A stretch of DNA of 64,000 nucleotides from Anaerolineae bacterium (GTDB taxonomy: Bacteria > Chloroflexota > Anaerolineae > J102). Positions within the stretch are counted from its first letter, which is position 1. Each line of letters opens with the position of its first letter. The stretch lies in the NCBI GenBank assembly GCA_026991225.1, contig JALXCB010000112.1, positions 1,917-65,916 of the forward strand. The letters are read 5' to 3'. The translations under genes and the position numbers were made by a program. Below, one piece after another: positions 1 through 9,128 of the stretch. Below the pieces are notes generated by a model. That model ran no database searches. It saw only the letters and a list, made by a program, of their open reading frames with translations, and was not told the DNA's origin.

Positions 1-257
1 TCATCCTCATCGGCCTCTTCCTGGCCCTGCGCGGCCTGTGGCGGCGATGCTATCCCCAGACCGGGCCCGATATCCTCCTCACCCTGGTTTTCATTCTCGT
101 CTACTCGGGCATCCATGTCCTCACCTGGACCCTGATCCGCTACCGCCTGCCCGTGGACGCGGTGCTGCTCATCTACGCATCCCTCGCCCTGGTTACCCTT
201 TGGCATCGCCTCCGTCGTCGTTTTTCGCCATCCACTCGACTGATGACTGAACACTGA
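1..257 (+). CDS. polytopic membrane protein, C-terminal fragment (5' end outside window); possibly GT-C/ArnT-PMT-like glycosyltransferase
   Basis: Frame 3 is open from the window edge to TGA 255-257, with strong GC3 bias. Translation ILIGLFLALRGLW...LTWTLIRYRLPVDAVLLIYASLALVTLWHRLRRR is rich in TM helices. It is absent from the ORF track because no start codon lies in the window. The family assignment is a guess. Confidence 0.45.
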   Translation, partial: ILIGLFLALRGLWRRCYPQTGPDILLTLVFILVYSGIHVLTWTLIRYRLPVDAVLLIYASLALVTLWHRLRRRFSPSTRLMTEH

Positions 258-273
258 TCACGCCTCCTTTACC

Positions 274-1701
274 ATGCCCAGCCGCCTATCCCTTCTCATC
301 CTCCTCCTGGCACTTCTCCTCGCTCCCGCGCAGGCCTTCGCCTCTCCGCCCGACCCGCGCCATCCCCCCCGCTTCGGGGTCTATGTGCGGGATCACGTCC
401 ATCTCACGGGCAGCGAACAGGCCCGGGCCGCGGGCGCGCGTTGGATTCATCTCCTCCTGCTGTGGAATCAGATCGAAAAACGCCCGGGCGAGTATGACTG
501 GTCGGCCAGCGACGCCTATTTGAGCGAGGCCGCGGAGCAGGGTTACACCATCATCCTCACCATTCAGAGCAATCCGGACTGGGCCGCAGCCACCACCTGC
601 GGGCCCATCGATCCCGACCATCTCGACGAATTCGCCGCGTTTCTCTCCGCCGCGGTGCGACGATACAGTGCAGCCCCTTACCGCGTCCGCTTTTGGGCCC
701 TCTACAACGAACCCGACAACGCCGACGCCCGGGAGCACGCGTGGCTGGGCGGATGCTGGGGCAAGGGATTGCCCACCTCGGCCGCAAACGCCGGGGGCGC
801 TGCCTACGCCCACATGCTCGACATCGCCTATCACGCCATCAAAAGTGCGAACCCGCGGGCCATCGTGCTCATCGGCGGCCTGGCCTACGACAACTTCATT
901 TCCTGGGGCGGCATCTTCGATCCCACATTCCTCGATGACTTCCTCGCGACCGGGGGTGGGGGTTTCATGGACATGGTCAACTTTCACTACTTCACCCCCT
1001 GGGCCTGGGCGTGGAACACGGGAAATCCCTACGAGAGCGACCTCATCGGCAAGGCCAACTGGATTCGGGGCGAATTTCAGCGCCTCACAGGCAGAACGTA
1101 TCCCATGCTCACCACCGAATTGGGCAGCCCCAGCAGCGGGCCCGAGTCGGGCGTTCCCCTCAGCGAAGAATTGAGCGCGCGGGACGTGATCAAGCTCTTC
1201 GCCCGCGGCATGGCCGTCAATCTCCACACGATGGTCTGGTTCGAGACCGTGGACGCGGCCAATGATCCCTACAAATATGGCCTGCTGCGCCAGGACCTTT
1301 CTCCCAAGCCCGCCTATGCCGCCTATCGCACCGCTGCGAAGGAACTCAGCGCCGCCCGCTATCTCTTCAATCTGGGTGACATCACCACGCCATCCGAGGG
1401 ACTCACGCCCAACGACCAGGTGGAGGGCTATGTGTTCGATGATCTGGGCCACCGCAAGTATGCGTTCTGGTCCCGCACGGAAGCCACCGTGGACTACACC
1501 TTCCTCTTCGATGCGTCCGATCCGCTCCTGCGAGTTGTGGACAAGGCGGGACAGGTGACCATGGTGCGAGACGGCGGGCCCGGCGATGGGGATGGGGAAG
1601 TCAACGGCGCCATCGTCCTCGCCATTCCCCCCAGCCCTCTCATCATCGAAGACCTCACCTTCGACCTGCGCCTCTTCGCCCCCGCCTTCCTGATGCAATG
1701 A
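274..1701 (+). CDS. secreted clan GH-A (TIM-barrel, GH5/GH39-like) glycoside hydrolase-like protein
   Basis: 475-aa ORF with signal peptide LLILLLALLLAPAQAFA. Carries NEP acid/base motif (LYNEPDN) and nucleophile-like TTELG. Paralog of 25708-27672. Confidence 0.8.
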   Translation: MPSRLSLLILLLALLLAPAQAFASPPDPRHPPRFGVYVRDHVHLTGSEQARAAGARWIHLLLLWNQIEKRPGEYDWSASDAYLSEAAEQGYTIILTIQSNPDWAAATTCGPIDPDHLDEFAAFLSAAVRRYSAAPYRVRFWALYNEPDNADAREHAWLGGCWGKGLPTSAANAGGAAYAHMLDIAYHAIKSANPRAIVLIGGLAYDNFISWGGIFDPTFLDDFLATGGGGFMDMVNFHYFTPWAWAWNTGNPYESDLIGKANWIRGEFQRLTGRTYPMLTTELGSPSSGPESGVPLSEELSARDVIKLFARGMAVNLHTMVWFETVDAANDPYKYGLLRQDLSPKPAYAAYRTAAKELSAARYLFNLGDITTPSEGLTPNDQVEGYVFDDLGHRKYAFWSRTEATVDYTFLFDASDPLLRVVDKAGQVTMVRDGGPGDGDGEVNGAIVLAIPPSPLIIEDLTFDLRLFAPAFLMQ

Positions 1702-2109
1702 ACACTGGCTTTCCTGAAAAACAATTTCACCGCAGAGTGCGCTGAGAACGCTGAGAAAATCATCAGGTTTCGCGGAGAAAACATCCCCGAATCCAACCCT
1801 TTAACCTGATTGACTGACAAATCTTGCAGTCTGCCTTTCCGTACGCTTTTACCGAGTAAACTCGGACTTTTTAGGCGCTTCGCGCCCGGGGTCGACCTTC
1901 GTCGACCTGATTTCCAGCATAAAAATGGACGGCGGAGGCCGTCCACTGGCCGCAGGCCTGCCATGGTGCGACTTCAGTCGACAGTATGAGCGACCAAAGC
2001 AGACCTCAACGCGTTTTGTCAGTCAATCAGCCCTTTAACTCTGCGTTCTCCGCGGTAAGCAACCTTTTTTGCAGCGAAGCCGATCTTCAGCCTTTAGTCT
2101 TTAACCTCC

Positions 2110-3321
2110 GTGCGCATTCTCTTCCTCGTCCCCTACGCCCCCACCCTCATCCGCACCCGCCCCTATAACCTGTTGCGGTTCCTCGCCCGCCGCGGGCATC
2201 GCATCACCCTGGCCACCCTGTGGGAGAACGAGGATGAATGGGCTTTTGTGCAGGTGCTGGGGAAGGAGGAAGGGATTCGCATCCTGGCCGAGCCGCTGGG
2301 GAGTGGGCGAAAACTCCTCAATCTGACCGCGGGCGCATTCAGCCGGGCGCCCATCCAGGCCCGATTCTGCTGGCATCCCGCTCTGGCTCGCGCCGTGCAA
2401 GCCGCCGTGCAGGAGAACGCGTTCGACGTCGTTCATGTCGAGCACCTGCGCGGCGTGCGCTACGCCCTCCATCTGCAGGAGGCCATCCCCGACGACAGCG
2501 CTCGTCCGCCCATCGTCTGGGACAGCGTGGATAGCATCACCTACCTGTTCGAACAGGCCGCGCAGCAAAGCCAGAGTCTGAAGGGACGCATGATGACCGC
2601 GATGGAGCTGGGGCGCACGCGGCGGTATGAAACCTGGCTGTTGACCCGGTTTCCCCAGGTGTTGGTCACCTCCCCTCGCGACAAAGCCGCGTTCCAATCC
2701 CTGCTCGATCACCAGGCGGCAGCATCCATCACCGTCCTGCCCAACGGCGTGGACCTGCACTACTTCTCGCCCGACAGCTTCTTGCGCAAGCCCGCCACCA
2801 TCGTCTTCTCGGGCAAGATGAGCTATCACGCCAACGTCACCGCGGCCGTGTATCTGGTGCGGGAGATCATGCCCCTGGTGTGGCGGCGGCGGCCCGACGT
2901 GCGGGTGGAGATCGTGGGCAAGGACCCGGCCCGGGAGGTGCAGGCCTTGGCCTCGGGCGAGCCGCGCGTCACCGTCACCGGCTTTGTGGCGGACCTGCGG
3001 CCCTATCTGCGCCAGGCCACGGTGGCGGTCTCGCCCATTCGCTACGGCGCCGGCATCCAGAACAAGGTGCTGGAGGCCATGGCCTGCGGCGCGCCCGTCA
3101 TCGCCAGTTCCCTGGCCGTCTCCGCCCTGGCTGTGGAGCCAGATCGCGACCTGGTGATCGCGGATCATCCTTTGGCCTTTGCCAAGGCGATCTTGCAGGT
3201 CATCGAATCGCCTTCTCTGCAGCGCCGGTTGGGCGAAGCGGGCCGGGCCTATGTGGAAACGCACCACGATTGGGCCAAAATCGTCGCCCGCCTGGAGACC
3301 ATCTATCAGGGATTGCTTTGA
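2110..3321 (+). CDS. glycosyltransferase family 4 (GT-B fold)
   Basis: 403-aa ORF with GTG start. N-terminus MRILFLVPYAP and C-terminal GT1/GT4 motif VSPIRYGAGIQNKVLEAMACGAPVIAS. Confidence 0.85.
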   Translation: MRILFLVPYAPTLIRTRPYNLLRFLARRGHRITLATLWENEDEWAFVQVLGKEEGIRILAEPLGSGRKLLNLTAGAFSRAPIQARFCWHPALARAVQAAVQENAFDVVHVEHLRGVRYALHLQEAIPDDSARPPIVWDSVDSITYLFEQAAQQSQSLKGRMMTAMELGRTRRYETWLLTRFPQVLVTSPRDKAAFQSLLDHQAAASITVLPNGVDLHYFSPDSFLRKPATIVFSGKMSYHANVTAAVYLVREIMPLVWRRRPDVRVEIVGKDPAREVQALASGEPRVTVTGFVADLRPYLRQATVAVSPIRYGAGIQNKVLEAMACGAPVIASSLAVSALAVEPDRDLVIADHPLAFAKAILQVIESPSLQRRLGEAGRAYVETHHDWAKIVARLETIYQGLL

Positions 3322-3431
3322 AAACAGGACACGGATGAACACAGAAAAACACGGATAATTCATAGAAATCTGTGACCGAAGGCCGTGTGAATCCGTGTCC
3401 GCATTCTCGCCAGATCTACTGATTACTGCCA

Positions 3432-4088
3432 ATGAACGCCCCTGAACTCGAAGCCATCCTGCCCGCGCCATCGGAAGGGGCGGGGGAAAGCGGCGACATC
3501 GCCAAGCGCCTGCTCGATATCATCGGCGCCACCGTCGGGCTTGTCCTGCTCAGCCCCCTCCTTCTGCTGGTGGCTATCGCCATCAAGCTGGATTCCCGCG
3601 GTCCCATCATCTACCGTCGTCGGGTGATGGCGCGCGGGGGCGGCCAGTTCGACGCTTACAAATTCCGCACCATGGTCGTCAACGGCGATGAGGTGCTGGC
3701 GCAATACCCGGAGCTTCTGGCCCGCTGGCAACGGGAACAGAAGCTGGAAAACGACCCGCGCGTGACCCGCGTGGGCAAATGGCTGCGCAAATTCAGCATC
3801 GACGAACTGCCGCAACTGGTGAACGTCCTCAAGGGGGAGATGAGCCTGGTGGGGCCCAGGATGATCGCACCGGTGGAGGTGGCGCATTTCGGCAGCTATG
3901 CGCAGGAGCGGCTCAGCGTCAAGCCGGGACTGACGGGCCTGTGGCAGATCGCCGGGCGGGCGGACCTGCCCTACGATCAACGTCTCATTTACGATATCCG
4001 CTACGTCCGCACCCGCACCTTCTGGATGGACGTCAAGATCATCCTGCTCACGATTCCCGCCGTGCTCTTGGGCAAGGGAGCGTACTGA
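3432..4088 (+). CDS. small polyprenyl-phosphate sugar-phosphate transferase (bacterial sugar transferase, WbaP C-terminal-domain type)
   Basis: 218 aa with one N-terminal TM. Motifs KFRTM, DPRVTRVGKWLRKFSIDELPQLVNVLKGEMSLVGPR. Confidence 0.9.
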   Translation: MNAPELEAILPAPSEGAGESGDIAKRLLDIIGATVGLVLLSPLLLLVAIAIKLDSRGPIIYRRRVMARGGGQFDAYKFRTMVVNGDEVLAQYPELLARWQREQKLENDPRVTRVGKWLRKFSIDELPQLVNVLKGEMSLVGPRMIAPVEVAHFGSYAQERLSVKPGLTGLWQIAGRADLPYDQRLIYDIRYVRTRTFWMDVKIILLTIPAVLLGKGAY

Positions 4089-5122
4089 TGCTCATCGCAC
4101 GATCCCCGGTTCGGGTCAGCTTCTTCGGCGGAGGCACCGACCTCGCCGCCTACTACACCCGCTATGGCGGTGCCGTGCTCAACACGACCATCGACAAATA
4201 CGTCTACGTCATCCTCTCGGCCAACCGCGGCGACGCCTTGCAGATCACCTCCTCCGACTACCGCACCTTCTACCGACTTTCCAACGGCGAGCCCCTGCTG
4301 TGGGAAAGCGGCGAACTCAGCCTGCCCCGGGCCGTGCTCCATCACTTCGGCATCCACGAGAATCTCTCCATGTTCATCGCTTCCGAGATTCCACCGGGCA
4401 CGGGCCTGGGCTCCTCCAGCGCTGTGACCGTGGCCCTGGTCAAAGGCGTCAGCGCCACGATTGGCCTGCACCTTTCGCCCGCGCAGGTGGCCGAAATCGC
4501 CTGCGAGATCGAGATCGACAAGATGGGAATGCCTATCGGCGTTCAGGATCAGTACGCCGCGGCCTTTGGCGGCTTCAATTGGATGGAGTTCGACAGCGAG
4601 GGCGTCACGGTCACGCCGTTGCAGCTCCCGGCGGAGACCATCAAGCGCCTGGAGGCCAGCGTGCTGCTCATGTTTACGGGCTCCGCCCGCAATTCCTCCG
4701 ATATCCTCAGCAAGCAGCAGCAATCCAGCAAAGAGCGCAAGCCTCAGGTGATCGAGGCCCTGCGCGCGGTGCACGAACTGGCCCTGCGCGCACGCGAGTT
4801 GTTGCTGGCGGGCCAGGTGGACGCCTTCGGTCGGATGCTGGATGAAGCCTGGCAGCACAAAAAACAATTCGCCTCGGGCGTCACGAACCCCATCATCGAT
4901 CGAGCCTATGAGCTGGCCCGGCAGCATGGCGCTTTAGGAGGCAAGATCGCGGGCGCGGGCGGCGGCGGCTTCCTTATTCTCTATTGTGAACCGGACGCAA
5001 CCGATCGCGTGGCCACGGCCCTGGAAGAAGAGATCGGCTTACGTCGCATGGATTATCATTTCGAAACGGATGGCGCTCGCGTGTTGTTCAATGCGGGTTT
5101 ACGACTTCAACTTGTTGATTGA
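4088..5122 (+). CDS. hddA: GHMP-family sugar kinase, likely D-glycero-alpha-D-manno-heptose-7-phosphate kinase
   Basis: ATG 4088 overlaps the upstream stop (TGATG); the track's 3779 start lies inside the previous gene. MLIARSPVRVSFFGGGTDL and GHMP motif PPGTGLGSSSA. Specificity is inferred from the gmhA/hddC/gmhB neighbours. Confidence 0.8.
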   Translation: MLIARSPVRVSFFGGGTDLAAYYTRYGGAVLNTTIDKYVYVILSANRGDALQITSSDYRTFYRLSNGEPLLWESGELSLPRAVLHHFGIHENLSMFIASEIPPGTGLGSSSAVTVALVKGVSATIGLHLSPAQVAEIACEIEIDKMGMPIGVQDQYAAAFGGFNWMEFDSEGVTVTPLQLPAETIKRLEASVLLMFTGSARNSSDILSKQQQSSKERKPQVIEALRAVHELALRARELLLAGQVDAFGRMLDEAWQHKKQFASGVTNPIIDRAYELARQHGALGGKIAGAGGGGFLILYCEPDATDRVATALEEEIGLRRMDYHFETDGARVLFNAGLRLQLVD

Positions 5123-5133
5123 GGGGGTGGAAC

Positions 5134-6636
5134 ATGACCTGGAAAAATTCTTCGTTAACGCTACAAGACCTGCCCGCGTACGCGACTCATGGGCGAGAGG
5201 CGTCGACCCGTCATACGCGGGTGAAACGGCTCGACGTCGCCGCCCGGCCTCGCACCCGTAATTGGGAGCAGCTGGCGTTTCAGAGTATGCTTGTGCTGAC
5301 GGACGCCCTGGCCGTGGGGTTGAGCCTCTTCCTGGCTTACACGCTCCGCCTTTCCAGCGGGGTGCTGACTTATCATGCGGATTACGCCGCCGAGAAATAC
5401 TCCCTGCTGGTGGGCATCAGCATCCCCATCTGGCTAATGCTTTTCTATGCGATGGGGCTGTATGACCTGGACAACCTGCTGGGCGGAGTGGTGGAATATC
5501 AGCAGATGAGCAAGGCGTGCGTGGGAGGCGTCATCGCCGTGATCCTCATCTCCTTCTTCTGGCGAGACTTCGCGCTGGTCTCCCGCGGTTGGATTTTGCT
5601 CTCATTGGGGCTCTCCATTTTCATCCTCAATGGCGATCGCTTCTTCATGCGCCGGGTGGGATACTGGCTGCGACGACGCGGATGGCTCATGTCGCGAACC
5701 CTCATCGTGGGGGCCAACGAGCAGGGACTGGCCATGGCCCGGCAATGGATGGAGCATCCGGAGTCGGGCGTCAAGGTGGTGGGCTTCCTCGATGATTTCA
5801 AGCCGTTGCACATGCCCATCTGCGACGGCGTCGAGGTGTTGGGACGCCCCAGCCAGATCGAGGCCATCGCGAATCAGCATCGGGTGCAAGATGTGATCCT
5901 GGTCTCCAACGCCGTGGCCTGGGAGACCTTCGAGGTGATGATTCGGGAGACGGACGCCCGCGCGCCCTACACCCTGCGCCTCTCCCCCGGCTTCTATGAA
6001 ATCCTCTCCACCCATGTCGCCGTCCACAACAAAACCTTCGTACCTCTCTTCACCGTGTATGGGGAGCGCCTGGTGGGAATCGAGGCCGCCATCAAACTCA
6101 TCGAGGACCTGAGCCTGGGCCTCATTCTCTCGCTGCTCACCCTGCCTATTTCCCTGCCCATCGCTCTGGGCCTGAAGCTACAACGCCCCCATGCGCCTGT
6201 TTTTATCCGCAGCGTCACCCTGGGCCAGGGAGGCGGCTTTTTCCGCATGTTCAAATTCCGCTCCGCCCGAGATATAGAGAAGTGGGGCATGGAGCCGACC
6301 GGTTTGGAGGAATTTCTCTATCGTTCGGGCCTGGACAAGCTGCCCCAGCTCATCAACGTGCTCCGCTGCCAGATGAGCCTGGTGGGCCCGCGGCCCCAGG
6401 TGTTGGGACACGCCCATCCCGATCACCGCTTCCTGCGCCAGTTGCAAACCATCAAACCGGGCATGACCGGGCCCTGGCTTGTCTCGGCGTTTTGGACTTC
6501 CACTGACGAGAAGCGCAACGAGCTCTACTACATTCGTAACTGGACCATCTGGCTGGATTTCCAGATCCTGTTCCAAACCGCCCGGCTGATTTTCTTCGCC
6601 CCCACCCACTCCCGTCAGGAGAGCAAGGTACAGTGA
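5134..6636 (+). CDS. large WbaP/EpsB-type polyprenyl glycosylphosphotransferase (TM + Rossmann-like + sugar transferase domains)
   Basis: ATG 5134 lies 7 nt after GAGGGGG. N-terminal TM segments, TLIVGANEQG region, and C-terminal KFRS...LDKLPQLINVLRCQMSLVGPRP. Confidence 0.85.
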   Translation: MTWKNSSLTLQDLPAYATHGREASTRHTRVKRLDVAARPRTRNWEQLAFQSMLVLTDALAVGLSLFLAYTLRLSSGVLTYHADYAAEKYSLLVGISIPIWLMLFYAMGLYDLDNLLGGVVEYQQMSKACVGGVIAVILISFFWRDFALVSRGWILLSLGLSIFILNGDRFFMRRVGYWLRRRGWLMSRTLIVGANEQGLAMARQWMEHPESGVKVVGFLDDFKPLHMPICDGVEVLGRPSQIEAIANQHRVQDVILVSNAVAWETFEVMIRETDARAPYTLRLSPGFYEILSTHVAVHNKTFVPLFTVYGERLVGIEAAIKLIEDLSLGLILSLLTLPISLPIALGLKLQRPHAPVFIRSVTLGQGGGFFRMFKFRSARDIEKWGMEPTGLEEFLYRSGLDKLPQLINVLRCQMSLVGPRPQVLGHAHPDHRFLRQLQTIKPGMTGPWLVSAFWTSTDEKRNELYYIRNWTIWLDFQILFQTARLIFFAPTHSRQESKVQ

Positions 6637-6901
6637 TTAGTAAACAGTGTTCAGTATTCAGTGTTCAGTTGTAGCAGCATGGGGGCTGGTTTCCTTCGCC
6701 GACCGGAAAAATGGGACGGCGGAGGCCGTCCACTGGCCGCAGGCCTGAAGAGCCCGACTTCAGTCGGCGAGTATCCCGGCGCACTCTGCGGTGAAATGCT
6801 TTCTCCCTTCCCTTTGCGTCTTTGTGAGCTGGCGTGAGGCAAAATTTTTCAGTAGACCATTCGTGTTGCGTTACCCGCATGATCGGGTGAGGAGGTGAAA
6901 G

Positions 6902-8242
6902 GTGAACCTTGACAACCATGTTTCGACTTATCTGGAGGAACTACGGGAATCGTTGCTCCTTCTGGACCAGCAGGCTATCGTTCAGGTGATCGAGGCGTTG
7001 CTGGCGGCGTGGCAGGAGGGGCGCCATATCTTCCTCATGGGGAATGGCGGCAGCGCTGCGCTGGCGTCGCATATGGCCAACGATCTCTCCAAACTCACCA
7101 TCTCGCCCGGACGCCCGCGGCTGCGGGTGACGGCGCTCACCGACAATGTGCCCCTGCTCACGGCCTGGGCCAATGACGAGGGGTATGAGCGGGTGTTCAT
7201 CGAGCCCCTGCAAGGGCATTTGCAGCCGGGCGACGTGGTGTTGGCCATTTCCTGCAGCGGCAACAGCCGCAATGTGATCACCGCGGTGACCTGGGCCAAA
7301 GCGCGCGGGGCCCGGATTCTGGCATTCACCGGGGATCAGGGAGGACGGCTGGCAGAGTTGGCCGATATCGTCGTATTCGCCCCCATCGAGGCGATTTATC
7401 AACAAGAGGATATCCATCTCATCCTCAACCATATCATCGCCAGCGCCATCCAACAGCACATTCGCGAAGTGGCCCGACGCATGGCCCGGCCCGCTCGGGC
7501 GTTGATCCTGGCCGCGGGGGAAGGCACCCGGCTGCGTCCCCTCACCCTGGAGATGCCCAAACCTATGGTGCCCCTGGGTGATCGCCCCCTGCTGGACCAC
7601 ACCGTGCGCTGGCTGCGCTCCCACGGCATCCGCGACATCGCCATCAACCTGCACTACAAGCCCGAAGCGATTACGAGCTATTTCGGCGACGGCAGCGCCT
7701 GGGACGTGCGACTCACCTACGCTTACGAAGACGCGCTTTTGGGCACGGCTGGCGCACTGAAGAACCTGAACGGCTTTCACGCGGATGGGCCCGTGGTGGT
7801 CGTCTATGGCGATGTGCTCACCGATCTGGACCTGAGCGCGCTGCTGGCCTATCATCATCACAACGTGGTGCGGGACCCCAACACGGGCGTCACCCTCAGC
7901 CTCTATCATGTACCCAACCCCACCGAAGTGGGCCTGGTGGACATGGACGAGCGGGGCCGCGTCACTCGCTTTGTGGAAAAACCCCGGCCCGAGGAGGTGT
8001 TCACCGATCTGGCCAACGCCGGCGTCCTGGTGGTGGAACCGCGGGTGCTGGACTTCATCCCCCCGGGCGAATTCTATGATTTCGGGCTGCATCTCTTCCC
8101 CCAACTGTTGGAAGCGGGCGTTTCCATCTACGGCTGGGTCATCCCCCCGGAAACCTATCTCCTGGACATCGGCACGCCCGAGAAATACGCCCAGGCCCGC
8201 CGCGAGTGGCCCGTTCGGGAGCGACAGCAAGCATGGGCCTGA
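6902..8242 (+). CDS. fusion protein: SIS-domain phosphoheptose isomerase (GmhA-like) + sugar-1-phosphate nucleotidyl(guanylyl)transferase (HddC-like)
   Basis: GTG start after GAGGAGG. Residues ~1-195 are SIS-like (LMGNGGSAALASHMANDL, AISCSGNS). Residues ~200-446 are NTP-transferase-like (LILAAGEGTRLRPLTLEMPKPMVPL). Confidence 0.85.
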   Translation: MNLDNHVSTYLEELRESLLLLDQQAIVQVIEALLAAWQEGRHIFLMGNGGSAALASHMANDLSKLTISPGRPRLRVTALTDNVPLLTAWANDEGYERVFIEPLQGHLQPGDVVLAISCSGNSRNVITAVTWAKARGARILAFTGDQGGRLAELADIVVFAPIEAIYQQEDIHLILNHIIASAIQQHIREVARRMARPARALILAAGEGTRLRPLTLEMPKPMVPLGDRPLLDHTVRWLRSHGIRDIAINLHYKPEAITSYFGDGSAWDVRLTYAYEDALLGTAGALKNLNGFHADGPVVVVYGDVLTDLDLSALLAYHHHNVVRDPNTGVTLSLYHVPNPTEVGLVDMDERGRVTRFVEKPRPEEVFTDLANAGVLVVEPRVLDFIPPGEFYDFGLHLFPQLLEAGVSIYGWVIPPETYLLDIGTPEKYAQARREWPVRERQQAWA

Positions 8243-8811
8243 CCCCCGCCATCTTCCTGGACCGGGACGGCGTCATCAACGCCAACCGCGCGGACTACGT
8301 CAAATCCTGGGCGGAATTCGAATTCCTGCCGGGTGCGCTGGCCGCCATCCGCACCCTCAGCGCGCTGGAATGGCCCATCATCGTCGTCACCAACCAGTCG
8401 GCCGTGGGCCGCGGCATCATCACCCGCGCCGATGTGGAGGATATCCACCAGCGCATGGTCGCGGCCATCCGTCGTGCGGGCGGGCGCATCACCGAGGTGC
8501 GCTATTGCCCGCATCGCCCGGAGGATCATTGCCGCTGCCGCAAGCCTCGTCCGGGCATGTTGCTGGACGCCGCCCAACAATGGGGCCTCGATCTGCGTCG
8601 CAGCGTGCTGGTAGGCGACGCCATGAGCGATATCCTGGCCGCGCACGCGGTGGGCGCGACGCCCATCCTCGTCCTCACCGGCCGCGGGTCTGAGCAGTTA
8701 TTTCGGTTGCGAGAGAACCGTATCGACCATTTTCAGGCGCTTCCTGATCTCACCGCCGCAGCCGCCCACATCGTCGAAACCATCCTTCATACCCAACCAG
8801 GGCTCTCTTGA
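8233..8811 (+). CDS. gmhB: D,D-heptose 1,7-bisphosphate phosphatase (HAD family)
   Basis: ATG 8233 overlaps the upstream gene end. HAD motifs FLDRDGVIN and VVTNQS, plus the Zn-finger-like CPHRPEDHCRCRKPRPGM typical of GmhB. Confidence 0.85.
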   Translation: MGLTPAIFLDRDGVINANRADYVKSWAEFEFLPGALAAIRTLSALEWPIIVVTNQSAVGRGIITRADVEDIHQRMVAAIRRAGGRITEVRYCPHRPEDHCRCRKPRPGMLLDAAQQWGLDLRRSVLVGDAMSDILAAHAVGATPILVLTGRGSEQLFRLRENRIDHFQALPDLTAAAAHIVETILHTQPGLS

Positions 8812-8879
8812 GAAAATTCTAACCACAGAGACACAGAGAGCGCGGAGGAAGAAAATGGTGAGATTTGGAGAAGATTTTC

Positions 8880-9033
8880 GTAACTACTAAGGTCGCGTCA
8901 CCACTTTTTGCCACGAAGACACGAAGAGAATGAAGGCACGAAGCCTTTTCCCTTATCTTTTTCTTCGTGTCTTCGCAAAACTTCGAGCCTTCGTGGCTTC
9001 TTGCGGCCTAAAGTCGAGGACGTTAGCAGTTAC
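8880..9033. mobile_element. MITE, type 2 (GTAAC-terminus family), with 8-bp TSD AGATTTTC
   Basis: Termini are GTAACTACTAAGG ... CGTTAGCAGTTAC (inverted). AGATTTTC occurs at 8872-8879 and again at 9034-9041. The internal sequence matches copies at 31606, 31786, 24878 and 55553. Confidence 0.85.
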
Positions 9034-9128
9034 AGATTTTCTCTGTGAATCACCCCTATCCTTCTCTGTGTCCTCCGTTTCTCCGTGGTGAAAAAATCTT
9101 TCATCATCTCCGAGGACATGCACTCAAC

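Noticed and set aside
286-1698. 470-aa minus-strand ORF mirroring the GH gene. Similar mirror ORFs occur at 2101-3471, 6941-8230, 9030-10040, 16216-16986, 17353-18462, 25963-27729, 36026-37138, 36943-38082, 37766-39049, 39006-40343, 43386-44636, 44763-46541, 46856-48811, 56640-58043, 58206-59387 and 59580-60623.
   Set aside because: All are antisense to ORFs with recognisable domains and proper GC3 bias. None shows family motifs.
3779-4087. Upstream extension of the GHMP kinase ORF.
   Set aside because: It lies entirely inside the well-supported sugar transferase gene in another frame. ATG 4088 overlaps that gene's stop, and the kinase homology begins there.
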